Positions 11,242 through 20,745 of a DNA stretch of 64,000 nucleotides are shown in pieces. Origin of the DNA: an uncultured Alphaproteobacteria bacterium (GTDB lineage: Bacteria > Pseudomonadota > Alphaproteobacteria > Rickettsiales > UBA1997). The position numbers were made by a program, and so were the translations under genes. The stretch is from assembly GCA_903937405.1 (NCBI GenBank), contig CAIZZE010000059.1:14075-78074 (forward strand), read 5' to 3'. The notes below the pieces were generated by a model. It saw only the letters and a list, made by a program, of their open reading frames with translations, was not told where the DNA came from and did no database searches. Position 1 is the first letter of the stretch, and the number at the start of each line of letters is the position of its first letter.

Positions 11242-12777
11242 TTACAAAGGAAGATTATCGTGTTTTTTCCAAGGTTTTTGAACTTTTTTATTTTTCAAAA
11301 TCTGAAGCGAAGAACAAATTCTTTTTCTGGTGTTTTGGGGACGGATAACTTCATCAATAAATCCGCGCGAAGCCGCCACAAAAGGTGAGGCAAATTTTTC
11401 GCGATATTCAGCAACTCTTTTGGCTTTGCTTTCTGGATTTTTGGCATCTTCACGGAAAATAATTTCAACCGCGCCTTCTGGCCCCATAACCGCGATTTCA
11501 GCGTTAGCCCAAGCATAGTTTACATCGCCCCGCAAATGTTTTGAATTCATTACGATATAAGCTCCGCCGTAAGCTTTGCGAGTTACAACCGTGATTTTTG
11601 GAACTGTTGCTTCGCCATAAGCATAAAGCAATTTTGCGCCATGTTTAATAATTCCGGCATGTTCTTGATCGGTTCCTGGTAAGAATCCCGGAACGTCAAC
11701 GAAAGTTAAAAGCGGAATATTGAAAGCGTCACAAAAACGAATAAAACGCGCCGCTTTTTCAGAAGCTTTAATATCGAGACAACCTGCCAAATGCATTGGC
11801 TGATTGGCTACAACGCCAATCGTTTCGCCTTCTAAACGACCAAAACCAACCATGATATTTTTAGCATAATTGGGTTGAATTTCGTAAAAATCACCTTCAT
11901 CAAGAATTTTTTCAACAAGCTCCGACATGTCGTAAGGCAAATTGGCATTGTCTGGAATCAAAGTGTTTAAAGAAATATCAACGCGATCTGCTTCGTCAGA
12001 ACTTGGAATTTGTGGAATCGCTTTTTGGTTAGAAAGTGGCAAGAAATTAATTAAACGACGAGTTTGTAAAAGCGCCTCGATGTCGCTTTTAAAAGTCAGA
12101 TGAGCCACGCCACTTTTACTGCCGTGAACTGAAGCTCCACCTAAATCTTCTTGGGTAACGGTTTCGTGAGTAACGGCTTTAACTACGTCTGGACCGGTTA
12201 CAAACATGTATGAAGAATTTTCAACCATGATCGTAAAATCAGTCAGAGCTGGCGAATAAACTGCACCGCCGGCGCATGGTCCCATAATTAAAGAGATTTG
12301 CGGAACAACACCGCTGGCATCGATGTTGCGCTGAAAAATTTCGCCGTAACCACCCAGAGAATCTACGCCTTCTTGAATGCGAGCTCCGCCTGAATCGTTA
12401 ATCCCAATTACGGGAGCGCCAACTTGAACTGCGCGATCTAAAACCTGACAGATTTTTTTAGCATGCGCCTCACCCAAAGATCCGCCCATAACGGTGAAAT
12501 CTTGGCTATAAACAAAAACTAGGCGACCATTAATTGTGCCTTGTCCAGTTACAACGCCGTCGCCCGGATGTTTTTTATCTTCCATATCGAAATCGGAACA
12601 ACGGTGCTCAACATAAAGACCATATTCTTCGAACGAATCTGGATCGAGTAAAACCTCAATTCTTTCGCGCGCAGTTAGTTTTCCTTTGGAATGTTGAACG
12701 TCGATTCTCTTTTGACCGCCGCCCACTCTGGCTTCTTCACGTTTCGAAGCTAGTTTTGCAATATTTAAAGAACGCAT
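11242..12777 (-). CDS. pccB: propionyl-CoA carboxylase beta chain / acyl-CoA carboxyltransferase
   Basis: 511 aa. The carboxyltransferase family pattern runs throughout, e.g. [33 protein letters not shown]. Confidence 0.85.
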   Translation of the reverse strand: MRSLNIAKLASKREEARVGGGQKRIDVQHSKGKLTARERIEVLLDPDSFEEYGLYVEHRCSDFDMEDKKHPGDGVVTGQGTINGRLVFVYSQDFTVMGGSLGEAHAKKICQVLDRAVQVGAPVIGINDSGGARIQEGVDSLGGYGEIFQRNIDASGVVPQISLIMGPCAGGAVYSPALTDFTIMVENSSYMFVTGPDVVKAVTHETVTQEDLGGASVHGSKSGVAHLTFKSDIEALLQTRRLINFLPLSNQKAIPQIPSSDEADRVDISLNTLIPDNANLPYDMSELVEKILDEGDFYEIQPNYAKNIMVGFGRLEGETIGVVANQPMHLAGCLDIKASEKAARFIRFCDAFNIPLLTFVDVPGFLPGTDQEHAGIIKHGAKLLYAYGEATVPKITVVTRKAYGGAYIVMNSKHLRGDVNYAWANAEIAVMGPEGAVEIIFREDAKNPESKAKRVAEYREKFASPFVAASRGFIDEVIRPQNTRKRICSSLQILKNKKVQKPWKKHDNLPL

Positions 12778-12786
12778 GTTTTTTAA

Positions 12787-13461
12787 TTAATTCAATTTCG
12801 CGACAATAGTTTCACCACCAATCATGGTTTGACCTACAAGGGCTTTGATTGCCATGTTTTCTGGCAAGAAAATGTCGGCACGACTTCCAAAACGGATAAT
12901 TCCGTAACGATTGCCCATTTTAACTTCTTGACCTTCTTTGATGTCGGAAATAATGCGACGCGCAACCAAACCAGCGATTTGCACAAAAATAATTTCAGTG
13001 CCACTTGCGGTTTTTACTACAACTGAATTTCTTTCATTTTCAGCACTAGCTTCATCAGCATTCGCGCTTAAAAATTTTCCTGGTTTATAGCTAACTTTAG
13101 TAACAGTTCCGCTAACTGGGACGCGATTTACGTGAACATTAAACACATTTAGAAAAACAGTGATTTTATTAAATTTTTGTTTGCCGTAACCCAAATCATC
13201 TGGCGCTTCAACACCAAATTCAACGCGAGTTACAACGCCGTCAGCCGGACTGATAATGATATTTTCTTCAACAGGAATAACTCTTTCAGGATCGCGAAAG
13301 AAAAATACACACCATAAAGTTGCAACCAGACCGATAAGCCCCAAAGTGTTGCTAAGCATGGCTAGAAATGCGGTTACCAAAGCGAAAATTACGATAAATT
13401 TATAGCCTTCCTTGTGAATGGCAAAAGTAATCAGTTTTAATGCGTCTAAAAAGTGAGTCAT
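12787..13461 (-). CDS. psd: phosphatidylserine decarboxylase (short form)
   Basis: 224 aa with N-terminal TM segments and a C-terminal FGSR self-cleavage-type motif. Confidence 0.8.
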   Translation of the reverse strand: MTHFLDALKLITFAIHKEGYKFIVIFALVTAFLAMLSNTLGLIGLVATLWCVFFFRDPERVIPVEENIIISPADGVVTRVEFGVEAPDDLGYGKQKFNKITVFLNVFNVHVNRVPVSGTVTKVSYKPGKFLSANADEASAENERNSVVVKTASGTEIIFVQIAGLVARRIISDIKEGQEVKMGNRYGIIRFGSRADIFLPENMAIKALVGQTMIGGETIVAKLN

Positions 13462-13537
13462 AAAATTTTAATTAAGATTTTGTTTAAATTTTTGGTGCTT
13501 GCTTCGCTTTTTCAAGTAGCGAAGCATTTTGCAAAGT

Positions 13538-14881
13538 CTATTCAACCTCGCTGGCTTTTTGCCAAAGTTTGTCCAATTCCTTTAAAGAAATTTTCTTTCT
13601 CTCAATTCCCGGTTGATTCAAAATAAAATCAACTGCTTTTTCTTCAATAATTGAACCACGAAGCTGTTGAACAGCGCTGGCATTTTTTTGATAATATTCC
13701 AAAACCGCTTTTTCCTGATTTGGAAAACGAGCTAAAATTTTACCAATTTCTTGATTAATATCGTCGTTAGTAACTTCGATTTTATTTTTTAGCGCAACTT
13801 CAGACAAAACCATACCACAACGGATCATGCGCTGGGCAATTTCGCGTTTTTTATCTTTGGCTTTTTCTTTTTCTTTGTCGTTTTTGAATTTATTTGGATT
13901 GGTTTTTAGCTCTTCTTCAGTTTCAGCCCAAAGGTTATTAACTTGCTCTTCAACCAAACCTGCTGGCAATTCGAAATCATATTTTTTGTTTAAGAAATCG
14001 AATAATTCTTTTTTGAATAAGTTGCGTTCAATGCCTTTATAATTGTCATCGATCTGCTTTTTAACCGCTTCTTCAAGCTTGGCTTTATTTTCTAAACCGA
14101 AATTATTTTTGATGAATTCATCATTAACTTCTGGCATTTCGGCAGTTAAAACTTCATTAATTTTTACATCAAATTCTGCAGCTTTTCCGGCAAATTCTTC
14201 GTTATGATATTCTTTAGGAAATTTCACTTTTACGCGAGTTTCGTCACCCGCTTTTTTACCAACCAATTGCTCTTCAAAATCATCGATGAAGCTTTTGCTG
14301 CCAAGCTCTAACTGGTAACCTTTCGCAGCGCCACCTTCAAATTCTTTTTTGTCGATTTTACCAACATAATCGATATTAACTGAGTCGCCTAATTTTGCTT
14401 TGTATGAAGCATCTTTGGCGTTCCATTTGCAGTAAAATTTTAATAATTTTTTCAGTGATTCATCTAAGTCAGCCGCTGAAATTTCAGCATCTCTTTTAGT
14501 AACTTTGACTTTGTTAAATTCAATTTCAGGAAGTTGTGGGTAAAGTTCCATTGTAGCTGTAAGCTCAACGTCTTGACCTTCTTTGAAATTTTTGATGTCG
14601 ATTTTTGGAGATAAAACCAATTTGATGTTATTGTCGGTAACAATTTTTTTGATAGTATCATTGATGATTTTATCTGATTCATCAGCCATAATTGATTGAC
14701 CATATTTTTCTTTGATAACTTCTAGAGGAACTTGTCCTTTGCGGAAACCTTTAAGTGAAAAATTACCACGAACTTTTTCAATATAATCGCTAACTTTAGC
14801 GTCAATTAATTGGTAAGGAACGGTAACTTGAAATTCTTTTTTTAATTTCTTGTCGTAAGTATTTTTGATTTGTACTTCCAT
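13538..14881 (-). CDS. tig: trigger factor
   Basis: 447 aa with the N-terminal ribosome-binding block GFRKGQVP and a central FKBP-like domain. Confidence 0.9.
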   Translation of the reverse strand: MEVQIKNTYDKKLKKEFQVTVPYQLIDAKVSDYIEKVRGNFSLKGFRKGQVPLEVIKEKYGQSIMADESDKIINDTIKKIVTDNNIKLVLSPKIDIKNFKEGQDVELTATMELYPQLPEIEFNKVKVTKRDAEISAADLDESLKKLLKFYCKWNAKDASYKAKLGDSVNIDYVGKIDKKEFEGGAAKGYQLELGSKSFIDDFEEQLVGKKAGDETRVKVKFPKEYHNEEFAGKAAEFDVKINEVLTAEMPEVNDEFIKNNFGLENKAKLEEAVKKQIDDNYKGIERNLFKKELFDFLNKKYDFELPAGLVEEQVNNLWAETEEELKTNPNKFKNDKEKEKAKDKKREIAQRMIRCGMVLSEVALKNKIEVTNDDINQEIGKILARFPNQEKAVLEYYQKNASAVQQLRGSIIEEKAVDFILNQPGIERKKISLKELDKLWQKASEVE

Positions 14882-15076
14882 TGGAGAGCCTTGATATGTA
14901 TAGGTTAGAATGAGTCCGCAGCAAGTGCGGGTTAGTTAAATTTCGTGATTTTTTTGTAATCGAAAAAATGAGGCGCGAATTTAAGAAGAAGGAGTGAAAA
15001 ATAGCAATTAAATCGTTTGGGTTTTTTGTAAATTTTTTGGGAGATGAAATTGCTTAAATTTGTTTGGAAAAAAATA

Positions 15077-15322
15077 TTAAAAATGCTTTTGAGCAAAAGA
15101 TCTTCCAGAATGAGATTTTAAATATTGTTCGAAATTTAATGCGGTTTTTTTATCGCGAAATGCGAAGTAAGATTGAAGTTGCCAAGGGGTGTATTTAGAG
15201 GTAAAATTGCATTCGCCGGAATTGTGGATTTCTAATCTTTTTTTGAGATTGGAAGTGTAGCCGATGTAGGTTTTTTCTTTGGATAAAGAGGAAATGGATT
15301 TTAGGATGTAGGTGTAGTGCAT
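15077..15322 (-). CDS. small GIY-YIG nuclease-superfamily protein (COG2827/UPF0213-like)
   Basis: 81 aa: YTYILKS...TYIGYTSNLKKRLEIHN...ALNFEQYLK (GIY / YIG / R / E elements). Confidence 0.7.
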   Translation of the reverse strand: MHYTYILKSISSLSKEKTYIGYTSNLKKRLEIHNSGECNFTSKYTPWQLQSYFAFRDKKTALNFEQYLKSHSGRSFAQKHF

Positions 15323-15392
15323 ATATGGTTTGAAAATTGGGTGAAATTTTAAAACTTACTTTGGATTTAGTATTTATTTGTGCGAGGTTATT

Positions 15393-15510
15393 GGAGCGGC
15401 CCGTCGTCGCCCTTCGGGCTATGCCGAGGCAGGCTTCGCTCTAGCAATCTACGCTGACAGTCCAGGACAAGCCTGGGCCTGCCAGGCGTAGCTCGCAAGA
15501 GCGAAGCCTG
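15393..15510. repeat. GC-rich extended imperfect hairpin abutting the tRNA-Leu 3' end
   Basis: caggcttcgctct..ctacgc..tccagg-acaag-cctggg..gcgtag..agagcgaagcctg (15430-15510), plus an adjacent gccc-ttc-gggc hairpin. It is strongly GC-rich in an AT-rich context. Confidence 0.6.
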
Positions 15511-15593
15511 GTGCGGACGGAGGGACTTGAACCCACATGCCGTGAGGCGCTAGATCCTAAGTCTAGTGCGTCTGCCAATTTCGCCACGTCCGC
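15509..15593 (-). tRNA. tRNA-Leu (anticodon UAG), CCA encoded
   Basis: Reverse complement: gcggacg tg gcgaaattggcagacgc a ctaga-ctTAGga-tctag, then a long variable arm, a TTCAAGT T-loop, cgtccgc and acca. This is a class II cloverleaf with one T-stem mismatch. Confidence 0.85.
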
Positions 15594-15616
15594 ATAAAAT
15601 CCGGCAAGTGCCGGAT
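15594..15616 (-). terminator. rho-independent terminator after rpmA
   Basis: Minus strand atccggc-acttg-ccggat followed by TTTTAT. The tRNA-Leu 5' end starts right after it. Confidence 0.6.
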
Positions 15617-15624
15617 TAATTTAT

Positions 15625-15894
15625 CTAGTTTGCTGCAGCAGCTGCAACAACGTCGATTGAGATTCTGTTATTTCTTGAAGATTTAACAAAAACTACTGTT
15701 CCTTCGATTTTAGCAAAGATTGTATGATCTTTACCAATTCCTACATTTTTACCTGGGTGCCATTTTGTTCCTCTTTGACGAACAATAATGTTGCCAGGAA
15801 TAACTGCCTGACCACCGTATTTTTTAACGCCTAATCTTCTACCTGCCGAATCACGACCGTTTCTCGAACTACCACCAGCTTTCTTCGTTGCCAT
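15625..15894 (-). CDS. rpmA: 50S ribosomal protein L27
   Basis: 89 aa starting [29 protein letters not shown]... Confidence 0.95.
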   Translation of the reverse strand: MATKKAGGSSRNGRDSAGRRLGVKKYGGQAVIPGNIIVRQRGTKWHPGKNVGIGKDHTIFAKIEGTVVFVKSSRNNRISIDVVAAAAAN

Positions 15895-15969
15895 GGCTCT
15901 CCTAATATTAAATTACACTACTTGCAGACAACTTGAAGCCTGCTTTCGCACTTAAATTCTCAAAAGCAA

Positions 15970-16284
15970 TTAGCCTTTGATCGATAAAATTTTTAACAAA
16001 GTCTGTTGTTGACGATGACCTTGTTTTCTACGCGAATTTTGTCTTCTTCTTTTTTTGAAGATGATAACTTTATCGTTTTTAAAAGTTTTAACGATTTCAG
16101 CTTCAACCTTAGCGCCACTAACTAAAGGGCTGCCAAAGCTTACTTCGCCTTGTTCAGATTTTACTAACAAAACCTTGTCGATCGTAACTTTAGAACCGGC
16201 TTCGCCGATAAGTTTTTCAACAATGATTTTTTCATTGGCTTGGACGCGATATTGCTTCCCGCCAGTTTCGATAATTGCAAACAT
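15970..16284 (-). CDS. rplU: 50S ribosomal protein L21
   Basis: 104 aa starting MFAIIETGGKQYRV... Confidence 0.9.
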   Translation of the reverse strand: MFAIIETGGKQYRVQANEKIIVEKLIGEAGSKVTIDKVLLVKSEQGEVSFGSPLVSGAKVEAEIVKTFKNDKVIIFKKRRRQNSRRKQGHRQQQTLLKILSIKG

Positions 16285-16354
16285 AAAGATTTAAAATATG
16301 TGATCAGCTTTAAAAAGGGTCGCGCAACTTATTTTCCAAAGTCTTTTTGTCAAA

Positions 16355-17779
16355 TCATTTTTTTTGGGAGTTTGAAAAAACTTCCCAACCACCACCCAGA
16401 GATTTATAAAGTGCTACTGTTTTTTTAGCAAACTCTAATCTTTCCGAGTTTAATTTTTTTTCCGATTGTAAAAAATTAAGTTGCGATTGCAAATATTCAA
16501 CTTGCGCCATTAAGCCACTATTTTGCCGCTTGTAGTTCAGTTTATGCACCATTTTCTGAACTTCTCCACTTTGCATTATAAGATCAAATTTTTGGCTTTC
16601 TTTGACAAAACCAATCATCGAAGACTCAACATCAAGCAAAGCTTTATTAACTTTTTCTTCATAAGTTATTAAAGCCTGTTTTTTTCTTTCATCGGCAATT
16701 TTCATGCCCGCAAAAATTCCGCCAAAATCTAAAACCGGCATTGTAATTTGTGAATCGGCAGCAAAAACACGGCTTGAAGATTGAAGTAAATTTTGCGATT
16801 TCGTATTATAAAATCCAAAAAATCCACTCAAAGAAATCTTAGGAAATATTCGCGCCACCGAATAATTTTCCATTTCCGTTGCCGATGCAAATTCACGTTC
16901 TGCCTGCTTAATATCAGGTCTGTTTCTCAAAAGCGAAACTGGCGCATCAATAATCACACCTTTGCGCAAAATTGGAACTGCGCCGATTTCACCAAAAAAA
17001 TTCTTCATTTCGCCCGGTCTTTTTCCCAGCAAAAATTCTAAATTATATAAGGCAATTGCAGCCCGCGCTTCTGATTCCAAAAGATCAGATTTGCTATCCA
17101 ACATCGCGATTTTTATCGGCCCTAAATCAATATCACTTAATAAGCCGACAGATTTTTTTGCTTCATTTAATTGCAGAATCGTAACACGCGCCGCATCAAT
17201 TTGTTTTTGTAAAAATAATTCATTTTGAGCAGCGCGTAAATCGGAATAATTTTTTACAACTTCCGCAATCAGCGAAACTAAAATATAATTTTTTGCTTCA
17301 TCTGAAGCTTCAAGCAAAGCTTTTGCTGATTGTCGGGAGCGATAATTTGCACCAAATAAATCAAGCTCCCAACTAGCGTCAAAACCAGCGGTGAATAAAT
17401 TAAAAATATTGTGAGTATTGGGCGCAAAAGGAATTATATAATTATTTTTTCTAGCTGCTGAAGCGGTTGCATTAACTTTCGGAGCTAATTCTGAAGTTGC
17501 GGTCGTAACATTTGCGCGCGCTTCAACCACGCGGCTTTGGGCAATTTTAAAATCGTGATTATTTTTTACCGCCTGCTCAATAACTTTGTTTAAAACCGGA
17601 TCTTGAAAATTTTCCCACCAGTTTTTTTCAATTTCACCAAATTCTGAATTTTCATCTTTTTTTACGCTATCCCAAGCCGCGGGCATTTTGGTTTCAGGCT
17701 TTTTATATTTTTCACCAATCGGCGGAAGGTATTGGCAATTGGTGAAAAATAGGAATGTGAGTAAGAAAAAATATTTCAT
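16355..17779 (-). CDS. outer-membrane efflux lipoprotein (NodT/TolC family)
   Basis: 474 aa with lipobox FFTNC. The two-repeat OMF pattern and the ending LYKSLGGGW are typical of NodT-family proteins. Confidence 0.8.
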   Translation of the reverse strand: MKYFFLLTFLFFTNCQYLPPIGEKYKKPETKMPAAWDSVKKDENSEFGEIEKNWWENFQDPVLNKVIEQAVKNNHDFKIAQSRVVEARANVTTATSELAPKVNATASAARKNNYIIPFAPNTHNIFNLFTAGFDASWELDLFGANYRSRQSAKALLEASDEAKNYILVSLIAEVVKNYSDLRAAQNELFLQKQIDAARVTILQLNEAKKSVGLLSDIDLGPIKIAMLDSKSDLLESEARAAIALYNLEFLLGKRPGEMKNFFGEIGAVPILRKGVIIDAPVSLLRNRPDIKQAEREFASATEMENYSVARIFPKISLSGFFGFYNTKSQNLLQSSSRVFAADSQITMPVLDFGGIFAGMKIADERKKQALITYEEKVNKALLDVESSMIGFVKESQKFDLIMQSGEVQKMVHKLNYKRQNSGLMAQVEYLQSQLNFLQSEKKLNSERLEFAKKTVALYKSLGGGWEVFSNSQKK

Positions 17780-17794
17780 TAAATTTGTTTTTTA

Positions 17795-17819
17795 AATCGA
17801 GCTAACATCTCGACACGCC
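17795..17819. repeat. solo copy of the ATCGAGCTA terminal repeat
   Basis: aatcgagctaacatctcgacacgcc is identical over the first 20 nt (23 of 25 overall) to the left terminus of the 44436-44773 element. It lies in the 41-nt gap between the MFP and OMF genes. Confidence 0.6.
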
Positions 17820-17820
17820 A

Positions 17821-18750
17821 CTATTCCGACTCAATATAAACATCCAGTTGCTGACCAACCAGAATTTTAGGTTCGAAATTATTTTCAAAACTATAAATCG
17901 CTTGCAAAACTCGTGTATCAATTTTTTCAGCATTGCCGCCACTTAGCGAAACTTTTGGCACAATATAAGGCTCAATTCTCACAAATTTTAACGGAATTTT
18001 AAATGTTGACTGGTCGCGCAAAAACGCCATCGCTGGACGATTTGGATTTACGCGACGTGCATCAGATTCATCAATTTCAACACGCACATGCATCAACGAT
18101 AAATCGCCAATAATCATCAAGGATTTTGACAGCGCGCCACCTTGCGCAAACTCGCCGGGACGAATATCAACTTTTAAAATTTCAGCTTTTATTGGCGCTT
18201 TTACAGTCGATTTATCAACCACAATTTTTGCCATTTCCATTTCTGCTTTCGCCTGTTTTGCCCTTTGCTCAAAGATTCCGGCGGCGATTCTTTTTTTATT
18301 AAATTCATCGCGACTATAAGCGCGTTCATCATCAATATTTTTATACATTTTAAATTCCTGACGCTTTTCTTCAGCATCAAATTTTGCGGCTTTAAATTCT
18401 GCCGTTTTTAAATCGAGATTAGCTTTAACCTCACGATCATCAATGGTGAAAAGCTTGTCGCCTTTTTTAACTTTATCTCCGGCTTTAACATAAATTTCCG
18501 AAACAATTCCTGAAATATTTGTGCCAATTGCAATTGATTCACTTTGCGGTTCAGTAACTCCAAGTCCAGAAACGCTGTGCGCGTAGGCTGAAATTGTTAT
18601 GGGATTTTGCGGTTCAAGATTTTGGCGTTTTGGATTTTGGAATAATCCAATAATCGCGCTTAAAAACATTAGCGCCGCAATTGCAGGCAAAACAATTTGC
18701 AAAACGAAATGCTTTTGTTTCATCAAATTTTTAATTTTTTCATTTATCAT
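17821..18750 (-). CDS. HlyD-family membrane fusion (periplasmic adaptor) protein
   Basis: 309 aa with an N-terminal TM segment, a lipoyl-like VKAGDKVKKGDKLF block, a coiled-coil hairpin and a beta-barrel region. Confidence 0.75.
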   Translation of the reverse strand: MINEKIKNLMKQKHFVLQIVLPAIAALMFLSAIIGLFQNPKRQNLEPQNPITISAYAHSVSGLGVTEPQSESIAIGTNISGIVSEIYVKAGDKVKKGDKLFTIDDREVKANLDLKTAEFKAAKFDAEEKRQEFKMYKNIDDERAYSRDEFNKKRIAAGIFEQRAKQAKAEMEMAKIVVDKSTVKAPIKAEILKVDIRPGEFAQGGALSKSLMIIGDLSLMHVRVEIDESDARRVNPNRPAMAFLRDQSTFKIPLKFVRIEPYIVPKVSLSGGNAEKIDTRVLQAIYSFENNFEPKILVGQQLDVYIESE

Positions 18751-18758
18751 ATATAGTC

Positions 18759-18787
18759 ATTTAAATTCAAACTTCGTTTGAATTTAG
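18759..18787 (-). promoter_or_regulatory. 29-nt hairpin motif ctaaattcaaacGAAGtttgaatttaaat, 8 nt upstream of the MFP start codon
   Basis: On the transcribed (minus) strand it is identical over 29 nt to 43287-43315. It has a 9-bp stem and a GAAG loop. Confidence 0.55.
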
Positions 18788-18841
18788 GTTAATTTGAATT
18801 GCTTACGCACACGATTAAATCGGAGCATCCACAATAGATTT

Positions 18842-19525
18842 TTAGTTTTCTACAATTCTTCCATCTTCCATTTTAATAATGCGGTTAGCGAATTTAAAAA
18901 TACGATCGTCGTGAGTCACAATAACTACAGCGCGACCGCTTTTTAAGGCATTATCGCGCAAAATTTCCATTACTTTCTGACCAGTTGCTGCGTCAAGGGC
19001 TGCTGTTGGTTCATCGCAAATAATTATCGACGGCTCGTGAACCAAAGCGCGCGCAATTGCAACGCGCTGCTGTTGACCGCCAGACAGTTGTGAAGGTAAT
19101 TTTTCGATATGATTTTCCATGCCGATTTCGCGCAAAATTGCGGCTGATTTTTTGCAGGCTTTCGAAATTTCCATATCGTCAGCGATTAGCGGAATTGCTG
19201 CATTTTCTGCGGCAGTTAAAGCGGGCAAAAGATTATATTGCTGAAAAATAAATCCTAAATTTTTGCGACGAAAATTGACTTTTTTTGCGTCGGGAAGATT
19301 GGTAATTATTTCATCATTAATAATTACTTCGCCTTCGCTTTGACTTAAAATTCCGCTAATAATTGAAATTAATGTAGTTTTTCCGCAGCCCGACGGACCA
19401 ACAAGCATCGTGATTTCGCCGGCATAAATTTTTAGATTTATGTCAAAAAGCACACGCATTTTTTGTTCGCCAACTTGAAAATCTTTACTGATATTTTTGG
19501 TTTCGATGGAGATTTTTTTATTCAT
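18842..19525 (-). CDS. ABC transporter ATP-binding protein (MacB/LolD/DevA-like)
   Basis: 227 aa with Walker A GPSGCGKTT, signature LSGGQQQRVAIARAL and Walker B IIICDEPT. Confidence 0.9.
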   Translation of the reverse strand: MNKKISIETKNISKDFQVGEQKMRVLFDINLKIYAGEITMLVGPSGCGKTTLISIISGILSQSEGEVIINDEIITNLPDAKKVNFRRKNLGFIFQQYNLLPALTAAENAAIPLIADDMEISKACKKSAAILREIGMENHIEKLPSQLSGGQQQRVAIARALVHEPSIIICDEPTAALDAATGQKVMEILRDNALKSGRAVVIVTHDDRIFKFANRIIKMEDGRIVEN

Positions 19526-19528
19526 AAA

Positions 19529-20668
19529 TCACCCTCTAAAAACAATCGCCGGATCAGTAACAAAAACTTTTCTGATGCTGATAAAACTGGAAATAAACAT
19601 AATTAAGACAACCGCCAAAGCAACGCCCAGAACGACTTGCCACGGCAAGAAAAATCCTTTGAAAGCACTTGCGCCGCCAGAAACTTTTTTAAAAAAGATC
19701 GAAGTTAATCCAATTCCGATCGCAAAACCAATTGATCCAACAACAGCTGCTTGAGTTAAAACCATTTTTAAAATTTTATTATTAGTCACGCCAATCGCTT
19801 TTAACGCGGCGAATTGTTTTAAATTCTCAACAATAAAAATATAAAAAGTTTGCCCCGAAATCACCGCGCCAATTATGAATCCAAGCAAAACTGTAATTCC
19901 AAAATTAATCGCGATTCCGGTGTGAGTTAAATAATAATTCAGTGTTGCATCAGAAAATTCTTTCCAGGTTTGTGCTTTTAGATTTGTTTCTTTGCTGATG
20001 CGCTCTGCGACTTGCTTTGGATCAAAGCCATCTTGCGCTTTTGCAACTACAAAAGACATTTTATTTCGCGATTGTCCGGTGTAAAGAATTGCTTCGGAGT
20101 AACGTGCATACATTATTACGGGAGAAGAAAAATTTGGTGTTGAGTCACAGATTCCAACCAACAACATTCTTTGATCATTAGCTTCAAATTCACGACCAAT
20201 TTTATAAGGCTCGTTGGGCCAAATGTAGCTGTAGCCCAAACGGTCGACTATTACAGCATTTTTTATTTTTAGATCTTCCAAATTTCCCATCACCATTTTA
20301 CGCGGCGCGCCGACAAAAGAAACATCATCAACACCAACCAAACCAACAGCTTGCAAGCTGCCATTAACTTTAACCACCAAATTTCCTTTATGCATCGGAA
20401 CTGCCCATTTTACACCTTCAACGCCGCGAACCTGTGCCAGCGCAATATCGGGAAGCGGTTCAACGCCGTCCAAATATTGTACTTTTTTATCCATAACCCA
20501 AATATCAACTTCACTAGTTTCATCAATCGTGGCGTAAGTTCGCCCTACTATTCCAAGGAAGAGCGACATTTGTTGTGCCATTAAAAGTGTTGCAAACATG
20601 ATGCCAAAAATCAGGCCCAAATATTTGGCGCGATCTCCCATCAGCATTTTGATTGCAATTTGGTTCAT
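19529..20668 (-). CDS. ABC exporter permease, FtsX/MacB-type (DevC-like)
   Basis: 379 aa: N-terminal TM, a large periplasmic domain and a C-terminal 3-TM FtsX-like bundle. It lies directly upstream of the ATPase with a 3-nt gap. Confidence 0.75.
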   Translation of the reverse strand: MNQIAIKMLMGDRAKYLGLIFGIMFATLLMAQQMSLFLGIVGRTYATIDETSEVDIWVMDKKVQYLDGVEPLPDIALAQVRGVEGVKWAVPMHKGNLVVKVNGSLQAVGLVGVDDVSFVGAPRKMVMGNLEDLKIKNAVIVDRLGYSYIWPNEPYKIGREFEANDQRMLLVGICDSTPNFSSPVIMYARYSEAILYTGQSRNKMSFVVAKAQDGFDPKQVAERISKETNLKAQTWKEFSDATLNYYLTHTGIAINFGITVLLGFIIGAVISGQTFYIFIVENLKQFAALKAIGVTNNKILKMVLTQAAVVGSIGFAIGIGLTSIFFKKVSGGASAFKGFFLPWQVVLGVALAVVLIMFISSFISIRKVFVTDPAIVFRG

Positions 20669-20745
20669 GAAAAAATTTACAAGTATTTAAAAAAGATTGA
20701 TTAGAATTACCTTAACTTACCTTTAGAAAATTCAAAGCATTTACA

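Noticed and set aside
13497-13530. Hairpin tgcttcgct-ttttcaagt-agcgaagca between tig and psd
   Set aside because: It has a 9-bp stem but no U-run on the transcribed (minus) strand. It is a possible attenuator, but there is nothing distinctive to support a call.
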